DNA from: Okamejei kenojei
Taxonomy: Eukaryota
Direction of reading: 5' to 3'
Length of the DNA: 64,000 bases
Assembly (NCBI GenBank): GCA_035221665.1
Contig: CM069154.1
Location: forward strand, 27,590,001-27,654,000
The stretch's first letter is position 1; the number at the start of each line of letters is the position of its first letter. Shown one piece after another: positions 38,701 through 48,287 of this stretch. Position numbers and translations under genes: made by a program. The notes beneath the pieces were generated by a model, which saw only the letters and a program-made list of their open reading frames with translations, was not told the DNA's origin and did not search any database.

Positions 38701-41700
38701 TAGATGTACAAGGATGTTGCCAGGGTGTTGGCAAAAGATGGTGGGTGTATGGAATGAGCTGCCATAGGGGGCAGTTGAGGCAAGAACTATAACACTATTT
38801 ACAAGACACTTGGACAGGTGCATGGATAGGAAAGATTTGGAGGGATATGGGCCAAATCTGGGCAAATATGAGGACGAGCTTAAATAGGGCATCTTGGTCG
38901 GCATGGATGAGTTAGAATGTTTCCATGTTATATGAGTCTATGACTATATCTTGCACTATACAAAATGCTCTTCAAGACTCTTATCATGACCTGTGAAGGA
39001 AAGAGTGCAGTTGGGAAAGATTAATGGGTAGATGAGATTAATAAGATCAGTCTTTCAAAGAGATGTTATAAAGTTGAAAATATTTGGTGGAGGAAAGTCT
39101 TTAATCAGATGGTGGTGAACCTGTCGAATTCATTGCCATGCGCGGCTGCGGAGACCATGTCATTTAGCATTTTTAAGGCAGAGATTGACAGATTCCGGAT
39201 TGGTAAGGGTGTCAAAGGTTATGGGGAGAAGGCAGGAGAATGGGGTTGAGAGAGAAAGATAGATCAGCCACAATTGAATGGTGGAGTAGACTCGATGTGC
39301 TGAATGGCCTAATTCTGCTCCTAAAACTTATGAACTTATGGTGCATTAGGGACTGAGCTAAAACACATAGGATCCTTCATTAAAAATACATAATTGTTCA
39401 TTCACTCTTGCTAGATTAACATCCAGGAACTTGCAATCGGTTACAATATACTATCAAAACTTTTATACTATCAGCCGTCAAAACATAAACATGCATTCAT
39501 GGATGTAATCAACCTTGTTGCTTGAACTTGTGTTCATTTGACAGTAATATTACATTTGTCAGGAAAGTCTTAGAAAATAATCTATAATCCCCTCAGGATG
39601 TCTGCACCATTTAAAAAAAATAGTCTATTTGAAGCTTTCAGAAATAAATATTAAAATTTAAATTTTGAAGATCTATAAAGCTTAGTACTAACAACAATAT
39701 TCATTGAAATGCACTTCTGATTTATATATAAAAGGATTTTGCCAGCTCTTTGGCATCGCGATCTATCATACATCATGTTGCAATTGTCTGGGTATCTGCA
39801 GATTGCTCACCAGGGAAGCAAATCATAAGAAAAAAAAGTACAGAGGATTCTCTTAACTGGCTTGGAAAGATAAGGAAATGGTTGTTTACTACAGGATCTG
39901 TGCTGATACAGAAGAGCGAATTATGAAGGAATACCCTGCAGCAGAACCATGCATGGAGTAAGGGCAGATGAATGTGTAATTCAACATTCGGCTTAACTCA
40001 TATCTTTCCACTTAAATTGCAGTATATGTCAGAAGTGTAATCATACTAGCTCATCACATGCAGCAGTGATATGAGATATATTGGAAGGCAGTGTTTTGGT
40101 AGCAAATGCAGATGGTGGGAAGAAAGTCCTGAGTCTTGGTCCAGCATGAGTGGAAGTGATTGGGTGGGGATGGGAGGGGTGGGGGGTGAAGGAGGATGGG
40201 TGCAGGACTGGGGGCAGAGGGTGGCAGAGCAATTTGGAGGGTTAAAGCAAGTTGGGATTGGGGTGGGGGTGTCCAGGGTGATGGAGTGATGGACAGTAAG
40301 ACTGATATCTGGTGGCTTGGTAGTTAGACATAGGATCAGTAGCCAGAGGTGTACTTAGAGATTGACTGATAGACTTAATTGGTTTCAAAATAAAATAACT
40401 GAGAGCAGGGAACATTTGTCGGATTAGACACAAAGTACAGGAGTTAGTCCGCAGGTGAGGCAGTATCCTGGTATTAGCCACTGAGTTATTCCAGCACTTT
40501 GCATCGTGTTTTTGTAAATCAGCATCTGCGGTTCCTGGTTTCAATATTAGTATGATGGGTGGTTAATGGTAGGCTTGACAATTGTGGAGATGATGAATGG
40601 TCGTGAAGAGGGTGGGATAGGATTAATACAGAGGGTAAAGGGAAATGCTTGATAGTAATGGGATTGTCAGCTAGGGAGAAGACTGCAGTTTGATTAGGAT
40701 TGGTCATTGTGTGGTAAGATTGGTAGGGAATACAAATGGTGATCGATGGGGGATGGGTTTAGTTTAGTTTAGTTTAGTGATACAGTGTGGAAACAAGCCC
40801 TTCGACCCACCGAGTCCACGCAGACCATCAATCACTCATTCACACTAGTTCTACGTGATCTTATTTTTTCATCCACTTTCTACACATGAGGGGAAATTTT
40901 ATAGAGGCCAATTAAATTAAACCCATACGTCTTTGGGGTGTGTGGGAGGAAACCAGAGCACCCGGAGGAAACCAACTTGGTCACAGACAGCACCCAAGAT
41001 CAGGATTAAACTTGGGTCTCTGGTGCTATGAGGCAGCAGCATCACCCTACTCCAGTCTTTCTCTGGAAAGATGAAAGGACCAGTCCTGCAGGTCACACCA
41101 CATGAGTGGCTACTGTGCAATGGACTTTAGTCCACATGAAGTCATTTTAAACCAAATATAAATGAATGTAAAATACTGATCATAAATTGGTACTAAAGGA
41201 TGGCTGAGCAATTGAGGATTTTTGTAGCAGTTCCCATGAACTCCCCAGCATGAAAGGTGCTTGAGCGATCAAACAATGACACTCAAGATAGGTAAAAAAA
41301 TTAATTTAAGTTGCACATGTCATAAACTCAGCACACCACACATGAAAAAAATAAAGTCAAAGGCTGTGGTGCAGCAGTAGAGATCTAGCCCTACAGTGAC
41401 AGAGTTCAATCCTGACTTTGTACGACTTTCTCCCTGTGACTGTGTGGGTTTTCTCCGGGAGCTACAATTTTCCCCCACACTCCAAAGATGTTCAGGTTTG
41501 GAGGTTAATTGGTTCCAGTAAAAATTGTAAATTGTCCTTAGAGTGCAGCATAGTGCTAGTGTACAGGGTGATCACTGGTCGGCGTGAACTCGGTGAGCCG
41601 AAGGCCTGTTTCCGTCCTGTATCTAAGGTAAAGTAAAGTAAAGTATTTTGAATTGGCAGAGCCAGCAGAAAATTCATTAGGGGATCCATATTAGACACTG

Positions 41701-41782
41701 ACGCATCTAGACAAGAGAATGATACAATGTAAACTTACTTAGGTAACAAAAAAAAATGTCACAATTAATTAAAGTTCACTTA

Positions 41783-42786
41783 TGCCCCTGTCTCACTGTG
41801 CGAGTTGACCCACGAGGTACCCGAGTGATAGACTCGTGGCTGCCCATGAGACTGCAAGTGTATGATCAAGTGTGTGGCCGAGTTCCCACGGGTATGTAAT
41901 TGCTGCGATGTTGCAAGTTCCTCTCCCGAGTTAGCAAGTTCCTCTCCCGAGTTAGCAGTTCCTCTCCCGTTACTCTTGAGCCAACCGTGAATGAAGGTAT
42001 GGTTTAATAAAGCAACAATGTTAAAATACATCTCCATCCTGTGGTTTTTGAGTTATTTCAGCGCGGCCGCATCTATTGATATGACCTACAATGGGAAAAT
42101 GCGCATTCTACCAAGCATTTCTTGTTTTTTTATGTTTTTAAATACTTTTTTGCAATGGATCTCTATTTTAAATAATTTTAAAAAAGGAAGCAGCCCGGGT
42201 GACTGACATTGAGCGGNNNNNNNNNNNNNNNNNNNNNNNNNNNNNNNNNNNNNNNNNNNNNNNNNNNNNNNNNNNNNNNNNNNNNNNNNNNNNNNNNNNN
42301 NNNNNNNNNNNNNNNNNNNNNNNNNNNNNNNNNNNNNNNNNNNNNNNNNNNACCACTTCAGAGGAATTAAGCAGCGCGGGTGACTGAGCNNNNNNNNNNN
42401 NNNNNNNNNNNNNNNNNNNNNNNNNNNNNNNNNNNNNNNNNNNNNNNNNNNNNNNNNNNNNNNNNNNNNNNNNNNNNNNNNNNNNNNNNNNNNNNNNNNN
42501 NNNNNNNNNNNNNNNNNNNNNNNNNNNNNNNNAGCTGGCCACCACTTCAGAGGAATTAAGCAGCGCGGGTGACTGAGCNNNNNNNNNNNNNNNNNNNNNN
42601 NNNNNNNNNNNNNNNNNNNNNNNNNNNNNNNNNNNNNNNNNNNNNNNNNNNNNNNNNNNNNNNNNNNNNNNNNNNNNNNNNNNNNNNNNNNNNNNNNNNN
42701 NNNNNNNNNNNNNNNNNNNNNNNNNNNNNCCACCACTTCAGAGGAATTAAGCAGCGCGGGTGACTGAGCGGCCGCCAGGACCCGAC

Positions 42787-42821
<35 letters not shown>

Positions 42822-42995
42822 ATAGACAGAGAGGGAGAGAGAGAGAGACACACACACACACACACAGATAGAGATACACACAGACAGCAGCTGGCCACCA
42901 CTTCAGAGGAATTAAGCAGCGCGGGTGACTGAGCGGCCGCCAGGACCCGACAGTACACACACACACACACAGATAGACAGAGAGGGAGAGAGAGA

Positions 42996-43031
<36 letters not shown>

Positions 43032-43908
43032 TAGACAGAGAGGGAGAGAGAGAGACACACACACACACACACACAGATAGACAGAGAGGGAGAGAGACAC
43101 ACACACACAACTCAGCGGACCAGGCAGCATCTCTGGAGAGAAGGAATAGAGTCGAGACCCTTCTTCAGACTTACCCGAAATGCCACCCATTCCTTCGCTC
43201 CAGAGATGCAGCCTGTCCCGCCGAGTTACTCCAGCATTGTGTGTGTCTATCTCCGGTGTGAACCAGCATCTGCAGTTCCTTCCCAATCCCACACTCTCGG
43301 CCCCGGGGGGGTGGATGGAGCATCACACGTGGACACATCCCACCCACCACCCCAGACTTGCCCCTTCGGCAGGTCTTTAAGCCGTTCATTGAGACAGAGT
43401 GAAGCCACGGGGACAAGTGGCAGAAAGGCCGAAGATAGACACGAAATGCTGGAGTAACTCTGCGGGACAGGCTGCATCTCTGGAGCGAAGGAAAGTCTGA
43501 AGAAGGGTCTCGACTCTATTCCTTCTCTCCAGAGATGCTGCCTGGTCCGCTGAGTTATAAACTCCAGCATTTTGTGTCTATCTTTGGTTCAGTCTTACGA
43601 GCAAAAGAACAGATTATTAAAGTTCCCACGGTACACTCACGAGACACTAAGATAAACGCACGGGGCCACTACGTTATTGCAACGAGTTAAAATGTTTCCA
43701 TTTTACACTTGAACAGTTAATTTGACTCGTGGAAAAAATCAAACATGTTTGATTTTTTTCACGAGTTAACAAGTTTCCCGAGTACCTGCCGTTAGCGCCA
43801 CGAGTCGATAAGTTGCTCGTGCGAGTTCCGACGTTCCCGCTACGTGATCACCACGAGTGAAAAACTCGGGGTCACTCGTGGGCCAACTCGCACAGTGAGA
43901 CAGGAGTT
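41783..43908. mobile_element. Non-autonomous PIF/Harbinger-like TIR element with internal satellite
   Basis: TIRs CCTGTCTCACTGTGCGAGTTGACCCACGAG / CTCGTGGGCCAACTCGCACAGTGAGACAGG; TTA on both flanks (41780-82 and 43909-11). Confidence 0.75.
42190..43110. repeat. Composite tandem repeat (~170-190-bp unit) with (CA)n/(GA)n tracts and N gaps
   Basis: At least 4 identical cores ACCACTTCAGAGGAATTAAGCAGCGCGGGTGACTGAGC separated by microsatellite tracts or Ns. Confidence 0.9.
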
Positions 43909-43911
43909 TTA

Positions 43912-44398
43912 AGCTGGAAAGGGTGCGAAGAAGATTCACGAGGATGTTGCCAGGACTTGAGGGCCTGAGATAGGGTGGGGTTGGGCAGCCTACGACTTTA
44001 TTCCTTGGAGCGCTGGAGGATGAGGGGGTGATCTTATAGAGTTATATAAGATCATGATCAAAGATCAATAGATAGGATAGATGCACAGTTTTTTTTTAAA
44101 CTCAGCATAGGGGAATCAAGAACCAGAGGACATAGGTTTAAGCTGAGAGGGGAGAAAATTTAATAGGAACTAGAGGGGCATCCTTTTCACACAGAAGGTG
44201 GCGAGTGTATGGAATGAGCTACCAGAGGAGGTAGTTGAGGCAAGGACTATTTAAAAGACATTTGGACAGGTACATGGATAGGAAAGGTTTAGAGGCACAT
44301 AGGCCAAATCTAGGCAGGTGGGACTGATGTGGATGGGGCATCTTGGGCGACATGGGCAAGTTGGGCCGAAGGGCATGTTTTCATAATGTATGACTCTG
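43912..44398 (+). mobile_element. CR1 LINE 3' fragment
   Basis: KLERVRRRFTRMLPGL-type coding remnant, CR1 3'UTR and TATGACTC tail. Confidence 0.8.
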
Positions 44399-44874
44399 TG
44401 GCTTCAGAAACTTTGAGCAATAGTATTTACAAAAATTGCAGGTCATTAATTTCTCTTGCCATTATATTTTTCCAAGCTAATCCAAGCACAATCAGCAATA
44501 TTTATTTCAGAATTCACACATTGACATTGGAATTAGCATAGCAGGACAAATGTCTGCCTTTCCTGCAATTATTTAAAAGCAGCCATGTTAAATAATAAAA
44601 AATTTGACAGCATTAAAATGTCTTCGCATTGATTTTCTTTTCTGGTTAACAAATAGGGCATTATTGGTGCAAAGTGCAGATTCTATTAAAAGAAGCTAAC
44701 AAAAGGAGGATTATATTATTTTGTGCGCTATTATGGGAGCGCTATTTAAATACCTTTGCGAATATGGTACACATATTGTACTATCTCTAATGCCCAGAAG
44801 GAATGGAAGCAGAAGAAAACAAAAAAATGTTCAGTAAAGGTTATCCACCAGCAACCCTCTTGAAAATGAACATG

Positions 44875-45049
44875 TTTCAAGTAGTGAGAAAGTCTAGGAC
44901 AAGAGAACACAGATTCAGAATAAAAGGACGTACCTTTAGAATGAAGGTGAGGAGGATTTTCTTCAGTCAGATGGTGGCGAATCTGTGGAATTACCACATA
45001 TAGCAGTGGAGGTCAAGTCATTGGGTATTTTTAATGCGGAGATTGATAG
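44875..45049 (+). mobile_element. CR1 3' fragment, left half (continues at 48462-48680)
   Basis: ...GGTATTTTTAATGCGGAGATTGATAG resumes as TTGATAGGTTCTCAATTAGTACGGGTGTCAGGGGTTATGGGGAG after the insertion. An unsplit relative is at ~39100-39330. Confidence 0.85.
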
Positions 45050-47829
45050 CAAGGCTGCCAACATTGGGTGAGATTTGGGAGTGGGAAATTGCATGAGACC
45101 AAGCCCGAGGGAGCATAGCGACCGAAGGAGGGGGGGGGGGGGAGAGGGTGTGGGAAAGGGTTGTGTCCGCTCCCATTGGTACGGAGCTTTTGCATTTTTC
45201 ATCTTAAAATTGTGCAATCTGGTGCACACTGTAGCGAGTCTTTCAACTTACACTTGAATGCAATATTTATGCTTTAAATTGGCTTAGCTATGAATAAGCT
45301 TAGGCTAAATTACATTCCTACTTACATTCCACAGTAGAGCCAGGCTCTGATCAACAGGCACAACACATGAATGATCTTAGTATATTCTAGTATGGAAATC
45401 AGATTATAATCACACACTTGGCCCATGTTGACCAACCTGGGTCTCACTGCACACCTGATACTACTCCTGCCCCTGATTCCAGTTGCATTCCTTCTCTCAT
45501 TCCTGACCCTGAGTCCAGCTTTACACCTGGCCCCCTATTCTACCCTGATCATATCTGCTTACCTGCTTAGGTTCCCAGCGCTGAACACTCTCACTGTCCC
45601 AGCTTTGACTGCACACCTAGTACTATTCCTGACCTTGACTCTGGGTGCACATTTGACCTTGCTCCTTGCCCCTCTGCATTGACATATATCTGGCTCATGC
45701 ATAAAGCCCCATATCTGACCCGCTGGACTTAACCTATTACGTTCAAGTCCACAGGTGCTTATCTAATCTTTTATGGGGCACTTTACAGACAAAATATTGT
45801 ATAACAAAATTTGCTACATCCATTGGCTTCCTTGTTATCTAACATGCTAGTTACTTTGTCAAAGAAGTCATCAATTGGTTGAACACAATTTTCATCCATA
45901 AAATTATACTCACTCAGCTGTATAAGTATTCTGTTACCATTTCCTTCATTTTCTTAACAAACTGTCCTGTTGTCATTTTCACCCCCAATATTTTCTGAAT
46001 TTTGCTGTCTTCCTCTCAGCTGGGACTTTTCCGAAATGCAAAGTCCAATAGCTATATATTTAAGCAATATTATTCTATTAAATGTGATCTTGAGAGTACA
46101 TAATATTTTCTGTGGTATTCATAACACAACAATGATAAAAAGATCTTTGTTTTGATTGCACCTACCAACATGCATACATTATTATATTACAGTTCCAATT
46201 ATATTATGTTCCAATGCTCCCCATTCCCAATTACTTTTACATTGAAATGATTGAAATCCAAGTGAAGTTTAAATGGCATCATAAAAGTCAAGCCTACAGA
46301 GTGGATGATATTCATTACGTGGTTGGCTGGGGTCAGTATCAGTACAATTACTATATTAAACTTTGAATCTTCAGATGTCCTGGTTCAAGCTAAAACTAAA
46401 GACAAATAATAACCTCCTCACACATTCCCCTGCAAATATCTCTGTCACTTCTTTAAAATATGTCCCTTCTTTGAACAAGCTCTTAAACATCGCATCTGAA
46501 TCCGTTTCCTTCTGAATACACTCCTTGAGGATGTTCATCTACGTGTTCAATTAATAAAACAACGAGTTTGGGGACTTCTATTCAACCTGTCAAAGGAATT
46601 TGGGGAGGGGTTTAGAAATAGTCAGTGAGGTAAACAAGCATAATAGTTGAGTGGCAAATGAGAATAGTGGTATCTTCCCAATATTTAACTGAAGGAAATA
46701 ATGGGTTATCAGGGCTGTATGTTGTGACAGACAGCCTGACACCTTGCATGTCATTTTAATATTACACTTATCCCATCCCCCTGGATATTCTGGATTAATA
46801 AATTAAGGTTTTACATATCAGACTAATTACAAATCGATAACATTAGCCAACTCCGAAACACGAAGCACTGAGCATTGGGATCCAGACATCACGGACAACT
46901 GGCCCCAGTACCCGGTGAGGGAGTAGAGCAACTGAGTGGGGGTAGGGTGTGGGAGAGGGGTGTCCCCCCTCCCACGGTAGGGACTTTTTGAAATTTGATG
47001 TATTAAAATCATGTTTTAGTGCATTGTAGAATTGTGTATTATTTCAATGTTTTTTGTTTGAAGTATTTTTAAGAGGTAAATATTTAAGAGGTAACCGTTT
47101 TCACACAAAGGGTGGTGGGTGTATGGAACGAGCTGCCAGAGGAGGTAGTTGAGGCAGGGACTATCCCAACCTTTAAGAAATAGTTAGGCTGATACATGGA
47201 TAGGACACGTTTGGAGGGATATGGATCAAAAGCAGGCAGTGTAGCTGGGACATGTCGGCGGGTGTGGGCAAGTTGCGCCGAAGGGCCTGTTTTCACACTG
47301 TATCTCTCCAGGACTACATTATACCTCCACCATGTATGAATGCTTCAAAATCAGGTGATCGAGTTTTATTGCCATATACTCAAGCATAGAAACATAGAAA
47401 ATAGCAGGAAAGGGACATTCGGGCCTTCGAACCAGCACTGCCATTCAATATGATCATGACTGTTCATTTAAAATCAGTACCTCTTCTCCTGTTTTTTCCC
47501 CATATCCCTTGATCTCGCTTGCCCCAAGAGCTTAATGTAACTCTCTCTTGAAAACATCCGGTGAATTGGCCTCCACTGCCTTTTGTGGCAGTGAATTCCA
47601 CAGATTCACAACTCACTGCGTGAAGAAAATTTGTCCTCATCTCAGTCCTAACTGGTCTACCCTTTATTCTTAAGCTGTGACCCCTGGTTCTGAACTCCCC
47701 CAACATCGGGAACATTTTTCTTGCAGTTACAGTAACTAAAAATCTAGCAGGCAAGCTGGATGATTTCTCCAACCACCCCTATTTGAAGGTAACTCTCTTC
47801 CACCATTTCTACCCCGTGCTTGGTACTTA

Positions 47830-48033
47830 AGGGCCTGTCCCACTTGGCCGTCATTTGCGCGTCACGCAGATGGCACGTGAAGATTTTGTACATCCCAAAT
47901 TCCTGGGGCGTCGCGCGCGACTGCATGTCACAGCCTACGTCACCATGCACCATGCGCGCATCACGTGCGTCATGACGCGTAGATGATGTAGCGTAAATTA
48001 TGCGCAAATGATGCCCAAGTGGGACAGGCCCAT
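47830..48033. mobile_element. PIF/Harbinger-like MITE (204 bp)
   Basis: TIRs GGGCCTGTCCCACTTGG / CCAAGTGGGACAGGCCC; TTA TSD (47827-29 and 48034-36); CpG-rich interior. Confidence 0.85.
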
Positions 48034-48037
48034 TTAC

Positions 48038-48287
48038 TTCCAGCAGCCACTGCTTGTCCTCCAGGATGCACCGAGCCGCAGCCTGATCCATGCTGGTCAC
48101 TTGGGCGAATTCGGCAAAGACTCTCATGGCAGCGGTGCAACGCTTCTGACTCCTCCGACGGCCCTGGACTCTTGCACTGACGCTGCTCCATGGCCGAAGC
48201 TGCAGCGAGCGACTCGCCAGCCTGGCAAACACTCGCCAGCCCAGGCTCCCCGTCCGCATCTGTCTATGCCAATGTTTCTGCTTCCAT
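48038..48287 (-). pseudogene. TDP2: Pseudo-exon resembling coding exon 1 of a TDP2-family gene (N-terminal UBA-like domain)
   Basis: Reconstructed as MEAETLA*TDADGEPG...HRCHESLC/AEFAQVTSMDQAAARCILEDKQWLLE|gt. The last 28 aa match recalled human TDP2 LCVEFASVASCDAAVAQCFLAENDWEME at 14 positions. In-frame TAG at 48264-66 and an apparent 2-nt deletion near 48115. Confidence 0.7.

Noticed and set aside
39892-39960. Exon-like stretch (ICADTEERIMKEYPAAEPCM)
   Set aside because: Weak polypyrimidine tract and donor; peptide not recognised.
42086-43108. 340-aa ORF
   Set aside because: Made of (CA)/(GA) repeats and N gaps.
42190-43110. CRISPR-like appearance (identical cores with spacers)
   Set aside because: The spacers are microsatellites or Ns, the genome is eukaryotic, and there are no cas genes.
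47744-48259. Intact TDP2 gene at this locus
   Set aside because: Only exon 1 is present, with a stop and a frameshift, enclosed by TIRs and a TSD. The ORF's C-terminal part is MITE and intron read-through.
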